Assembly (NCBI GenBank): GCA_026025795.1
Contig: JAPEUG010000150.1
Span: 1-36,544 of the forward strand
Origin: Thelocarpon superellum
Lineage: Eukaryota
Direction of reading: 5' to 3'
Length of the DNA stretch: 36,544 nucleotides
Positions 1 through 12,722 of the stretch are shown one piece after another. A model generated the notes under the pieces. That model saw only the letters and a program-made list of their open reading frames with translations. It was not told the DNA's origin and ran no database searches. A program made the position numbers and the translations under genes. Position 1 is the stretch's first letter; the number at the start of each line of letters is the position of its first letter.

Positions 1-459
1 TTCTACCTTAGCGAGCGTCGTGGCGAGGCAACTCGGGCCTCAACCTGGTGACGTCGCATCCGAGCCTTGCACGTCATGACCGAGGAGGATGGGCTCCGAA
101 AGATCCCATCGCGCCGCAAATATGCGGAACACGGACGTTTTGACCTCCGGCCCCGATCCCGACACCGTGACCGTCATCGAGCTTGACGGGCCACTGGCAT
201 GAACTCGGACCCCATTCGCACCCTCATGATCTCATCAACGCTTGGCTATCCACTACGTCAGCATTGCATGTCGGCGAGTATATTAAATAGACAGCAGACA
301 GACTTAATCTACCGTTGTTCGTGTAGAGAGCAAGAGACCCGACTCATGACTTCGATCAAGTCGTCTTCCTTTCTTCTTCCTCTTCTACGCTCCGTATCTT
401 CTAGAACGAAACCATCGTGCATCTACCCCTATTCCCTTCCTACAATTCTCTGTTCCAGC

Positions 460-1209
460 ATGGCCTCCGCCACCGGCATCGCCGCCAACGCCCCCGGCGA
501 GCAATTTGAAGTGCGCCAGACCGCGAGCTCCGATGACTACACGCCCAATCCATCCAAATCGCTGCCGCTGACCCCGGCGCGTCAGCGGCTGGTGGACGAC
601 ATTCTCGCACTGTATAGTTGCGAACCCACCGTCGAGCGCGTCAAACGCTACTCGGCGGACTGCGTGTACGACGATCAATTTGTTTACGCCAACGACCGAT
701 ATAAGATGGCGGGACAGTGGTTTGCCTTGCCAAAGCTGTTCAACGCGAGTAAGAATGAGGGATATCAAGTTGTCCGCAACGATCGAGACTTGATTCAATT
801 CAAGAACGAGCAGGTGAGCGGTCGACTTTCACAACTCGTCAGAAAATAGCAGGAACTCTCTTGGATGTGCGGCTAATCTCTGTATATGGCGTGAGTGTAG
901 ACCTGGACCTTTAGGTTCATTCCCAAATCTACGACCATTAACGCCCTCGTTTCGCTCTCGCTGGACCCCGCCACGGTTGATAGCGATTTCATCCAGGTGA
1001 AATACCACAAGGATCAGGCAAACGACAAGGACTATTCGCATGAAGGTGTTGGCTTCAGCTTCAAGAAGTGGCAGGCGGATCAAGTGGCCAAGCACATGGA
1101 CAGTCCTGAAGTTGAGGCTTTTGCGGCTGATAAGACGGCCGCTAAGGAGCCCGTGCGGCAATATGGTTCCGGCGGTGCGGAGGGTCAGGCACCTACGAAA
1201 GACTTTTGA
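460..1209 (+). CDS. Conserved fungal hypothetical protein, probable SnoaL/NTF2-like fold (about 220 aa; exons 460-813, 901-1209)
   Basis: ATG at 460 (MASATG...). Intron 814-900 (GTGAGC...GCTAAT...TAG) joins FKNEQ to TWTFRFIPK in frame with the 997-1209 ORF. The segment 'LYSCEPTVERVKRYSADCVYDDQF' resembles a SnoaL-like N-terminus. Confidence 0.75.
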
Positions 1210-1427
1210 GAGAGTCAAATGAATGATCATATTATGCACGGCAGTGTGGGCTGTACAGAGCGTGGATAATCATGCTCCATGGATATGTTCGTCATAAATC
1301 AAAGCACACGTCTCTCCTCGCGCCGAAGCCCGCCGACGCAGACATTCTCCTCTTGCATGATATCTTTGCCACGTGCCACATGGTCGAAGTGACGAGGCCA
1401 CTATCAAACGCGCCGTCGCCTTCGGCC

Positions 1428-3224
1428 TCAGAGGTGGCCTGTCACCGTCGGACGAGCCTCCAAAGGCGAGACGGGACTAACGGACGGGTCGGCCGCGGGC
1501 GCGGGACCTGCACCCGCACCACCTCGCATCGTCGTGTTCGCCACGGCGGAGCGTTGCCGCTGAAACAGGCTGGAAGCGCGGCTGAAGACCGAATGGCGTA
1601 GGTCAGACGGGCCTTGCCGCATTTTGGTCGAGTTGGCGGAGGATGGCGCAGCGTTGGAGCGGACGGGGGAGCTCTCGCGTGGTCCGTATCCTGCCTGTGT
1701 CGACATCCGTTGCGACCAACTCCACCGAGGGTCGTTCTCGGCCGGAGCCGGCTCTTCGGACGCTTCCGTGAGTCGAGACGGCGGCGGAAGGGTGATGCGA
1801 AACGAGTCGTCGCGCCGTGGCATGCGGGATTGGTCGTCCGTGAACCCGGGCACCGGCGGGGCCGAGGTGCCAGACGCATAATTGTCTTCGACCCCGTACA
1901 TGTCATCGTGGGGTGGTTGCTGTGGTTGATACGAGTTCGAGTCGCCCTCATCGGGGGCAGTGCGGAGATAGGGGTGGGACGCGTCGGGCGCGTGCTGGAT
2001 GGTATCAGCAAACGGATCCGACGCATGCGAGCCTTCGCCAGCGGACGCCGCTTCCGAGGCCGGTCGGGTGACCTGGAGCTTCCGGGCTTGCAGCACAGCA
2101 CGCTGATGTCGCGACATGGCCAAGGAAAGCTGCTCGTTGGTCTCGATCAGAGTAAGGAGGGTATCATCATCTGGCGTCGGGTCGTCGGAATGAATGTAGC
2201 TTTGGATGGACTGCGAGGCCGAGGCGCATCGTTGTGCGAATTCGGCAATCAGATCGTTCTGCAAGACTTCACTGGTGGGCGTCGACTGCACCACCTGCAG
2301 GAGTAGGTTGGCCGACGTTTTGGCCTCTTCGATCCGGCTCACCAGCTCGTGGGGCGGGGGCAGCTTGTGATTCTTGTGATTACGCGCAAAGTAATTATGC
2401 GGCGGTTGTGGCCCGCCAGCCGCGCCCACTGGCATCATTCGCGGCGTCGAGGCATTCGATCGCTGCCGCGGCGTCAGCGACTTTCTCGAGCACGGCGAAG
2501 ATAGGGGACTGACCGCATCGGCCGGCGCCTTCTCTTTCTCGCGCAGCCACATCTCCGTGAGCGCCTTGAGACCCTCGTCGTCGTTCTTTTCCCGGGCAAA
2601 GGTGTCGAGCGTCTCACGCAAGATTTGTTGAACGCTAGGATCTGGTGACTGCCGCAACAGGTCCTTTACCGTCGACACGAACTTGGAATCGAAGCTGCGG
2701 GTGAAGGTACGGCCGGGATTGTCGGCCAAGATGCGGACCAACATGATGGCGTTGTACTGGACGCTTGACCGGACGACATAGTCTCGGCCTAGATATTTGC
2801 GGATCTGCAGAGCCGCCTCCCGCGCCGCCACCGGACTGGACTCGGCAGCATCGACAATGGCGGGGAGATGCAAGACCTCCTCTTCCTGATCAGGGCCATT
2901 AGTGGGGCTCGTGCGGACGCGGGGCGAGGGCGACCGGTGCTCACGGCATTGTTGGAACCGCCGGATTCACAGAAGGATCGCTGTGATGGAATCAGTCGTC
3001 GTGCCCGTCAGTCAGGAAGGCGGGGCGGGGCGGGGTGGGATCACGTACCACGCCGCGGCTGGCACTGCCCTGCGGGCTGTCATCGGATTCGTCGTCTGTC
3101 ACGCGGCGCAAGGGGTATGGTTAGCGAGTCTCGACCGTTGATCCATCCCGGGCGGAGATGGCCAAGAGGGGGAGGGCGGCTTACTGCCAGCGTGCCGGCT
3201 CAGGCGCGCTTTGAGTTTTTGCAT
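1428..3224 (-). CDS. VHS/ENTH-like plus GAT domain endocytic adaptor (Lsb5/Tom1-like)
   Basis: Exons 3224-3185, 3095-3049, 2980-2945 and 2885 onward splice by GT-AG introns to MQKLK...SRGV|RSFCESGGSNNA|EEEVLHLPAIVDAAESSP. GAT-like helices 'ELVSRIEEAKTSANLLLQ...TLIETNEQLSLAMSRHQRA'. Probable in-frame 51-nt intron at 2513-2463. The 3' end is less certain. Confidence 0.8.
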
Positions 3225-4557
3225 CGTGTTGCACCCTGTGGGCCGCGGGTGCTGACCGCGGACGTGCGATGCCTGCAGAGCGATGTAGCAGGGAAATGAA
3301 GGAAGAAAGGGGGGGTAAATCACAAGAGGACGGAGTCGCAAGACGACCCGGTCTCATCGAGGGCGCCAAGACCTGTCGAATCCGACGTGTTGACACGACC
3401 GGCTGTCTGCCCCTAAGAAGGCTCGCGACGCGTGCTGGAGCTGGATGCTGACGCTGTGGACGGCTTCGTCATCTGCGCACAGCCTCATTCATGAGCTCGG
3501 ACATTTCCCTCCGCCTCCGGTGCCGAGCCCGACCAGCATGCAGCGCGGAGCCTGAACTAAAGTACGCAGTACGTACGGTGGGTCCCGTACTCGTATCGGT
3601 GCCCGTATGCTGCAGGGCCTGGCAACTCCACGCCAGAACGCAGTACGCGTACGGAGACCTCAACAAAGTGGCCGGGTTACAGCCAGGCCACGTCTCGAAC
3701 GTACAGAGTTCGAGTGGACGTATGGGATGAAGTAGTAGAGATTGCAAGTTGCTTGGCACCTTGGCATTCGGCGCACAAGTGATGCAGTTTCAGGAGCCAA
3801 CGGTCCCCGCAACCATGCACCGCGTCGGGGTGGAAGCTCTGCCTAGGGCTCGCCTAAGAGCGGTATGGGCACGGGAGCAGGTACTCGTACAGGTACACGT
3901 GCATCGCAAAGGCGTACTTTGTGCCACCATGCGTCGTACGACATCCACGAATAGCTCCTACAGCCTCACGAGCGTTGACAGCTGCTTAAATCTTTCTGCG
4001 TTGCCTTTTAGATAAGTTCCGCTGCCAAGATGTCCAACACCACCGCGCAAAGATCATATGCGAGGACAAGTGGGGGTTGGGGGTTTTCATGATAAACGAT
4101 AGGGGGGTGTGGGTATCGATGGAAGGAGTTCCCGTACTGAAGCGCTGGTCGGGATGATGTCAGGGGGCCCGTCGTGCTCCCTCGGCCACGTCCAGGTCCT
4201 GTGGCATTCCCTACGGTCATCAAGGTAGAGTCCTTTGCTAGGCGGACCCCACGGACCCTTGAGAGTCACAGGAGGATTTGCGGGATCTCCAGCATACCCC
4301 AGTACAGCAGCCTCAGTGGGATGAGGCGCGAATGAGAGACTTGGAGTTTTTTTTCACGTCCTAGATGCCAGGAACTCCACCACCACGGCCGGTTCGAGTC
4401 GTGGCTAGTGATGGCTTCCGAGGACTGGCAAGTCTTTCAAAGGGGCCGGTACTCATACATCGCGATGCACGTTACAGTCCGTCCGGCTCACATGCTCCTA
4501 TCGTCACCCATACCAAACGCCCGCTCCCGCCCGTGATGCAGCGAAGAGAGGCACCCG

Positions 4558-6209
4558 TCATGCCAGATGTTTCTCGTCGAGCACTTCATCGGCTTCATCA
4601 TCGTCATCCTCGTCAAGCGATTCGACGATTAGATTAGCACTGCGCCCCACTCGTTTGCCCACGCTGCCACCATCATCCAGGCCGTAGACGATCCGGGGGA
4701 CTGGCGACACCAGCTGGAAAGCATAGTGGTGTTCGTAGTCTGCCGGCGGTGCATCGATAGCGTTGGCACCGTCGGTGAGAGCGGGAAACACGTCGTAGCA
4801 TTCGACAAAGGCATACAGGTGCTCCATGGGCGCCTCTGGTGCGAACTTCCGCATCACCCGTTCGCCGGACGGCAGGCGCACGCTGATCCGGGTTGTCTCC
4901 TTGGCATCCGCCGCTGGTTCAGGCGCAAGCGACTGGCACCGCCAGAGCTTCCATTGCAGACGCCGCCGCGCCAACGTCGCCCGGGCCTCGGCCCGTGCGT
5001 GTGCTTGGCGGGCCCGTTCGGCCTCCGCGGCTTCGAGCTCCCGCTTGCGTCGTGCACGTTCGCGGTCTTGTGCCAAGGAGCGCTCGTAGGCCGAATTCTG
5101 CTCCTCGCGGAGCGTGCGTTCCGATTGCCGTGCCGCACGGCTCGCGCGCAGCTCCTGCAAGGGCGGACCGTGCTTGGCCACGGTACCTCGTAGCTCCGCC
5201 ACGAACGCCGCTGCTGGTACCGGCCCGACGATGCGTGCCACCACCGACATGGCGGTCGAGGACGTGCCCGGCGTGTGGGAGATGAGCGCAGCAAACGGGA
5301 ACTTGGTACAGGTGAGCGCGGTCGAGACCTGATAGGCCTCCGAGTCTTGCACGCTACCCGCCCACACGATGATGTTGTTGCGCGCATCCGTCACCAGATC
5401 CACTATCTCCCGGGACAGCAGCGTCTGACGAATGAAGGCATCCGTGTCGTCATGCTCAGGTGAAAAGAGTAAGACCAAGAGAAACTTCAGATCCTTCTTG
5501 GCAGTGTCCAGCGCCTGCGCGTATCCACTCTCCACGAAGGGTAGCGCGTGGGATCCATGGTCTTCTTCGAACTCGCGTATGAATCGTGCAGCTGCGTCAC
5601 GGGGGCTGAGTGCCCGTCGGCCCGTCGTATTCCTGGCGGCGCCCGCGCCGCCACGACGCGAGGTAAGTCTCGTCGGGAACCACCGCGGCAGAAAGGGAAA
5701 GAGGTAGGTAAAGAGGCCGAAGGACGAGGCGATGAGCCGGTAGAGGAGGCTGAGCGGGGTGAGGAGCAGGCTCAGAAGGAAAGATGGTGATTGGTGGATC
5801 TGTGATTCGGGCTGGGGCACCACTCGCGGCGCCAGATCATGCTCGGCCGGCGCGCCGGAGGCTCGGTCGAAGGAGCTCGAGCCGTTGAGTAGGGTCTCGC
5901 GGTAGACGCTGGGACGGGGAGGAGAAGCATGGTCCAGAGATGCACGGGCCTCGGCCACGGGATCGGCCGTCTCGCCGTCGAAGAACTTGGCGATAGCAAT
6001 CTGGACGCCGGTGAGCAGGTCGAGGGGAAGACTCGAGGGGGCCTCGGAGGGCTCGGGCGGAGACGAACCTGCACGTTCCATTGCGACCGCTGCAGTAGCG
6101 GAATAGCTGCACCCAGCTCTTGATTGGTGACAGAGGTAAATTGCTGCAGCGCCAGCTGTTGACCGTCGGTCAGACCCGCCGTGTTTACTTCATCTTCTTG
6201 GCTGGCCAT
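4558..6209 (-). CDS. UBX domain protein (UBA-like, UAS, coiled coil, UBX); Ubx2/FAF2-like Cdc48/p97 cofactor
   Basis: Exon 1 6209-6069 (LQQFTSVTNQELGAAIPLLQRSQWNVQ), intron 6068-6001, exon 2 starts IAIAKFFDGE. Hydrophobic hairpin, UAS 'GYAQALDTAKKDLKFLLVLLFSPEHDDT', UBX 'ISVRLPSGERVMRKF...LVSPVPR'. Confidence 0.9.
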
Positions 6210-7114
6210 GCTGCGGAGTGGGGCAAACCAGGAGGAGACTGGCCCGGGCAACAGGAAAGTCGTGTTCAAAGGTTTAAACGATGATCCATCATGGCCTCTT
6301 CAGCGGAACGGAGTCCAGACAAGTCTCGCCTGCGATGGAAGAGGGCCCAGTAAACCGTTGGGTCACACGTTCGTCTGCCAGACAGCACGTAGATGCACGA
6401 GCGCCACCGCCCGTTCGCGGCCGTTCGAGAATCGTAGATGCCATCCAGCGTACTGACTAGTCCCTTTCGAGGTGGAACGTGAGTGGTCCACGGGACTGCG
6501 CCGCCACACCTAAGCCTGGAGCGTCGGCTGCCCCAGCTTGGACAGCTCATGCCAATGGCCCCCACCGCTATTGTTGCGCCGCTGGGTGGGCCAACCGAGC
6601 AGATGACACGGTCCAGACACCTTCCGGACCACGGCAGCCTGGCCAGAGCCACAGGATGTGGGCTGAGGAAAGAAATGCGAAACCTTTGGATTGCCAAGTA
6701 CGCACGAAGCCATCGCCCGTACACCAGTGCATTGCCCACGCATGAGCCCATGCAGGTGCAGTTCCCACAGTTCCAAGTTGTCAGTCGTCCGTCGATGTGC
6801 CGGGGCAGTACCAGTTTCCCACGTTCCTCTTCCCCAAGACTTCGTTTGCTTGCTCTCACCACGCAAGGCGCTGTCTTGGCCAGGACTCATAACGTTGTTC
6901 CGAGCATTGTCTCCTCGAGCGGAGCCCGACCCTCGTCACCTTCTTTGCACCATCCATGTCCGAGTGACACATTTACTGGCGCAACAGTCCAACGTAGTGA
7001 CCTCAAGGACTCGAGCACCTTGCCACAGTTATGCTCTTACCATATCTTGTCCTAGATACCGCGCAGCTTTCGAGAAGAGCTTGAGCGTGTTGCATGCGGT
7101 TGGTCGTTGAAGGG

Positions 7115-7148
7115 CATGGAGAGAGACGTGTCATGGAGAGAGACGTGT
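7115..7148. repeat. Perfect 17-bp tandem duplication (CATGGAGAGAGACGTGT)x2
   Basis: Read directly from the sequence. Confidence 0.9.
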
Positions 7149-8253
7149 TCGATCCACCCGGCCGAGGTCGCCAACCTGTACATATCCTCGACATTACGCC
7201 CTGATTCCGACCCGCTAGATTGAGCCATCATCCCGTCCCTGGTCTCTCTCTCATCCATTCGTAGATCCGACCCTTGGATGGGCAGGGCGATTGCGGGTAT
7301 GGCGGGCTCTGCGCCCCCGTCGTCAACTGAACTCGTATGGTGGGCGAGTGACCGGGCACTCATCATGGCCGCCATCAACCGATCCACCCAAGACTGTCCG
7401 CATTGTTGTCCATGCCATTGAGCCCTAGATACCCTCGTTCGGCCCCTGCTGTGACCATTGACTTTATTGCCAAGAACCCTTTGGTTGAAACAGATGTAAA
7501 TGTGATTGTCTGTCCTCACAAATATCCAACGGGATTGTGCAGGTCGCCTGGGGATATGGGGCCGTAATACGGCCGGAATGGAACCCCATGCGTTTGCCTG
7601 GCGGTCTACGAGGGCTATGATGGCTATTCGAGCTGCGAGAGCATGATTAGTCGCAGTGGTGTTTGATTTAGCAGTCGGTATCAAGAGACAATCTTGACAT
7701 GTCGACACGTCTGTGCCCCATTCGATGTCTCTCGATCGATCAACGGCATCATCTGTAGGTTCTCACTGGATAGAAGCTCAGCTTGACGGCGCATGTAAGG
7801 GGCACCAGAACTCAATCTGCATCGCTTCCCGCCGTGGCCGCTGTGACCGGCGCGATCGCGAGAGCATCCCGCTAATCCCGTGACGTGGAAATGCCTACCT
7901 CGCCGCGCGCCGCGTTTAACCCGTCTGCGAAGTCGTCTTGAACGGAGAACCGTGCGCCTGCTCGTCTTGCTCCCGCCCTTCCCTTCCTAGGACGCCAGAA
8001 AGTGCTGTCCTGGACGTCCAATTCCTGGCATCGATTCTCATGTTGTGGTAATCCGCGGTTGCTTAGTCCACCAGCAACCATGTCCCGATCAGTCCCATAC
8101 TCGTACGTGCAGTGGGTCTCGCTCCTCCAATCTGGCCCCGTGTCACGAGATGAAGGCCTCCCCCAACCGACAGAGAGATGGCTGATGCAGATGGATGGTG
8201 CAGGTAGTCCCCATGGAGCTCCGTCGCTTGGTCACCCAGCTACAACGTTGGTG

Positions 8254-10735
8254 ATGGAAGCGCAAACAAGGCCGGTGCCCGGGGATGGGTGGCGAAATGC
8301 GCCCTCCCCGAGACCCAAAGGGCGGGGTAGGTTGACCTCCTCCACCGTCCCGACACAAACACGAGCGGAGAGCGTGAGATCCATCGTGGCTGGCGTGATG
8401 GGTGGAGCAAACTGATGGTGGGTCGTGGTGCTTAGAGAATGCAAAGGACACGCTCTGTCGAAATGTGACCATCTACGGGCATTGCCGGTACGAAGACAAA
8501 GGTGAATCCGATCATGGCTGTGCATCGCACCTGCCCTCTACATCTGTGCACACGTGGCGTGAAGAGACGAGCTCTAACAGGTCCAAGGATGTGCCTTCAA
8601 TCACGATCCAACGAGAGCGCCGGCGCCTCAGACGCAGGCCGAGAGGTGGGTGCTTGCATGACCCGTGTCGACGCCGCGCATCATTGACGGAGCCTGCACG
8701 CTACGCAGTTTGCGAAAGCGCTTGAATGTTGACTCGCCCACCTTCACCCCCTCTTCCATTGCCAGCACCTCCCGCAGCGTGACCCCCAAGAACTCCACCA
8801 TCTCCCCCCGCGCCGCGAGCGCCGCCCCGTTCACCCCTAAAAGCATCCATGCCAGCTTGGGCACATCACCAGCTTCCGTGCGAGCAGACGTAGAGACGCC
8901 TGAATGGAATACGCCGGACATCCCCGAATTCGTCCCGCAGACCTTCCACTCGCTTCCGATGGTGAGTCAACTGCGTGACGTGGTATGACGGGCCACCGGA
9001 TGTCACGGCCTGCTTCGACACTGATGGCCTTGCCCCTTCGTCATTCCTAGGGACGTGGCTGACCCCGCCAGGCCGACCCCAGCTCGTCCACGTTCTACGG
9101 CCATACGCCCACGTCCGTTCCGACGCCGTTGCCCGCCGGCGATCCACCACACGCACAGGTCAACCCTTACGCCCAGGATAGTTCCGGCTCGGGATACTTC
9201 AACAATCAGGCTTCCTTTGCACAACCGGTGGGGTACCTCCAGATGACTATGGCGTCGGCTCGAGATGACTGACCTGGCCTCCCATCAGCTGCAATACCAC
9301 CTCTACGCCCCGGTCGGCCCACACCGGGAGAATCTGCTCCCCCATCAGCGGAACGTGCATGACTTCTTCCTATCCGACACGCTGCGAGAAGACATGCAGC
9401 GCCAAGCAGAGGCATCCTCGCAAGTTTTACCTAGTAGGAGTGCCGCCACCGTCGCACAGTTCCCGCCGCTGATGGGTCTGGTAGATTCCACCCTCCCCAC
9501 CCAAGTCGATCACTTCCACTCGCTTGTCCCGCTCGATACTGTGAATCAGAAGAGCGCCACCACTTTTGGATACCCGAGTTGGATCTATAAAGCAGTGTCG
9601 GCTAAAGACGGCCGACTGTACGCCCTGCGGCGCCTTGAAGGTCTGTGGCCGAGCCTCTCCTGAGTGCCCTCGTGGCCAGTCGACCGCAGCTGACCTGTCC
9701 GGCGCAGGTTATCGATTGACCAATGAGCGCTCTATTCGCTCCGTGCAGGCGTGGAAGCGTGTCAACAACGCCGGGGTGGTGACGGTGCACGACGCCTTCA
9801 CGACGGGCGCGTTTGGTGATCGGTCACTGGTCTTCGTGACGGACTATCATCCGCTGTCGAAGACGTTGTGCGAACAGCATTTCGGGCCGATGGCACGGTA
9901 CACAGGACGGTCGTCCGGATCGTTGGTGCCAGAACCCGTGCTGTGGAGCTACATGGTCCAGATCGCGTCGGCCTTGAAAACCATCTATGGTCTGGGGCTG
10001 GCTGCGCGCATGATCGAGCCCAGCAAGATGCTGATGACGTCGAAGAACCGCATACGGCTGAACGCATGTGCCATCCTGGATGTGCTGCAATTTGACCTCC
10101 AGCGGAGCCTGCCCGAGCTCCAGCAGGAGGACCTCATCCGTTTTGGGCGCCTGATCCTGTCACTCGCGACCAACAACCCGGCGGCGCTACAGGGTACGGC
10201 CAATCTCCTTGATCACCTCCCCCACGCCTACAGCCCGGCGTTCAAGGAGTGCCTTGGCTGGCTGCTCTCGCAGCCTCAAGGGGGGACGGTCAAGACGATC
10301 GACAACTTCATCCAGGGCATCGCGGGTCAGATCATGACGACGTACGACTCGACGCTGCACGAGACGGACCAGTATCATTCCGAGCTGGCGCGGGAGCTAG
10401 AGAATGCTCGGTTGGTACGATTGCTGACGAAGCTCGGGCTGATCAACGAACGGCCGGAATTCGAGCACGACCGGCAGTGGTCGGAGACGGGCGACCGATA
10501 CTTTCTGAAGCTCTTTCGCGATTACGTCTTCCACCAGGTGGATGCGCACGGCAATCCTGTCGTTGACTTGGCGCATATTCTGACCTGCCTGGCCAAACTC
10601 GACGCCGGCATCGACGAACGCATTAGCTTGGTCAGTCGTGACGAGCAGAATTGCCTCGTGGTAAGCTATCGCGAGATCAAGCGCGCCGCCGAGGCGGCCT
10701 TTCAAGACTTGATCCGGGCAGGGAGGAGGGGGTAG
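8254..10735 (+). CDS. PAN3: PAN2-PAN3 deadenylase subunit PAN3 (CCCH zinc finger, PAM2 motif, pseudokinase, C-terminal knob)
   Basis: Eight exons: 8254-8326, 8436-8501, 8588-8645, 8709-8961, 9072-9227, 9289-9433, 9485-9640, 9708-10735. Motifs [74 protein letters not shown]...WSETGDRY. Confidence 0.95.
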
Positions 10736-10757
10736 AAAGTGGATGAGTGGGGGGGAC

Positions 10758-10805
10758 GAGAGGATGAGAGGATGAGAGGATGAGAGGATGAGAGGATGAG
10801 AGGAT
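10758..10805 (+). repeat. Octamer microsatellite (GAGAGGAT)x6 in the PAN3 3' region
   Basis: Six perfect units starting 22 nt after the PAN3 stop. Confidence 0.95.
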
Positions 10806-11122
10806 GAGAAGATATGGACGAGAGAGAGGAAGCGAGCGAGGTCAGAGGCCGAAGTCAGATTTGAGATTGGATCGTGCAGACCGCCATCCGGCTTGGATGC
10901 GGCGGGAGTGACAACCTAGGCAGCAGAGATCTCGCCGCCAACTAAAAGACTAGATACACGAATTTGGTCTCTTGTAGGGCTCAGAGCACTCGCCAGGGTT
11001 GTGCTTTCTGTCTTGTTCCCATGACACGTCTTCCCGTGAGGCTGGCCGTGCGTAAGTGGTCCAAGTCGTCCAGTGGGTCCAGGTGCGTGATACTCCGTGG
11101 TCGACATGTGATACATGGACGA

Positions 11123-11681
11123 TCACTCCGCGGCGAATGGGTTGGCGATTTCTTCGCTCCCGTCGACGGGCGAGATGAGGACGAGCAGCGTTCCTCTGGC
11201 CACGACCAGGCCAAGCGACCGGGACGACTCATTGCCGTCGTCATCTACACAGGATCAGTATGTGGAGCGTCGACGTGATGTCGGGGTGCGTCTGGCACTT
11301 ACCCCGCAGCACTTCCTTGACATCATCCAGCACCAAATTCATGAGCTGATCGTATCCCTTGAGGGTGCCCACCACTGCACACGCACACACCCCGTCATCA
11401 GCGTCTCGGACAAACAGTGGTCAGGGATAGCGAAGAAGTATACCTTCTCGGCCACCGTTGAACTTCACAGTGACCTCCTTGTCCATATATTTGCCTAGGT
11501 CCAGGATGTTTTCCTTTTTCGGGCGTTCCCCGCTGTGATGGTGTCCGCCGGCCCCGCCTCGACCACCTCCGCCGTGGCCGCCGCGACCACCGCGATGTGC
11601 GCCATCACCGCCGCTACCGCCGCCACCGCCACCGCCACGGCCGGCCCCGCGGCCCCCACGAAAGCTACCTCGTTCGGACAT
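11123..11681 (-). CDS. LSM7: U6 snRNA-associated Sm-like protein Lsm7 with RGG-rich N-terminus
   Basis: Exons 11681-11444, 11374-11303, 11244-11123 give ...ERPKKENILDLGKYMDKEVTVKFNGGREVVGTLKGYDQLMNLVLDDVKE...SLGLVVARGTLLVLISPVDGSEEIANPFAAE*. Confidence 0.95.
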
Positions 11682-12271
11682 TGAAGCGCATGGGATGTCG
11701 ATGGATCCGTGGTTGAACCCCACGGGCGGAATCTCGCGGTGCGTTTAGCGTTTAGGGTGCCTGGGTGGGAGGGTTGACGAGCGCGGAAATACGGATGACG
11801 AGCTTCGCACTTGACGTAGTCTTGCAGCGTGCCCACCGACGGAAAGCTTACCGAACAGCTCCCGGCTCCAGCTCCCTGCTGCCGCCTACGAGTACAGGTC
11901 GCAGGCAGTCCAGACACCCGCTCTCCTGCCGACCGAGCAGTACCGCGATAGCCCGCACGACAGGTACAGATTACAAGCGAGGCTGCCATCGTCCTGCGGC
12001 GTTGCTCCTTCGGGAAAGATTTGCGGGTGCGTGGGAGTGTTGGCCTGATGGGCTCGGCCTGGTGGCCTCGGCCTGGCCCCTCCGTGCGTACGACGACGGC
12101 GACTCCGCGCGGCCGGCGGTGGTGGCTAGTCCTTCGTTTGTGTGCTGGGTCCTAGTCGTAGTACTCCTGCTGGTCTGTGCTGGTCTGTATGCAGGCATGA
12201 GTGGGGGCGCGCGTACTTGCACGGCGCTCGAGTAGTTAGTGACTCCACCGAGGGGGCCACCAAGGGAGACT

Positions 12272-12458
12272 GGATGGGATGGGATGGGATGGCACGAGGA
12301 ATCGGGAGAGGGGTGGGTCGGTGGGTCGGCGCAAGACAGGACGTTGTTTGCTCGCGCCGCGTTCCGTAAAACTGCGCCCCGCGTTTCCGTCCCCCCGTCC
12401 GGGCCCACCCTCTCTGCCCCCGCGCGCCGCCTCTCCAGAGAAAGAGAGAGAGAGAGAG
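12272..12458. repeat. Simple repeats (GGGAT)n at 12272-12292 and (AG)n at 12437-12458 in the divergent promoter region
   Basis: Read directly from the sequence. Confidence 0.85.
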
Positions 12459-12722
12459 GGAGGTCACGCCTTCCCCATCGATCGCCAATCCCGACGGCGC
12501 ACCGGGATTGCCGGCTTTGTCGGTGGAAGCGCCGTGCGGCACCTGTGCTGCCACTGACATCAACCCATCTCTCTCCTACTCGCTCTCGCGTCTCCGCCAT
12601 CCGTCCGATCGTCGTCGGGGTGTTCCGCCTTGTTTGTATGAGCGACGCGGGATCGTCCACGACCGTCCAGCGGGCATCCATCGTAGCCTTTTGATCTCGC
12701 CCAACCTTTCCGATCCTGTGCC

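Noticed and set aside
1..459. Possible gene tail at the window start, and the N-terminal extension of ORF 199-849
   Set aside because: The plus-strand frames are interrupted by stops with no recognisable product; ATG 460 follows a pyrimidine-rich leader and is the more plausible start.
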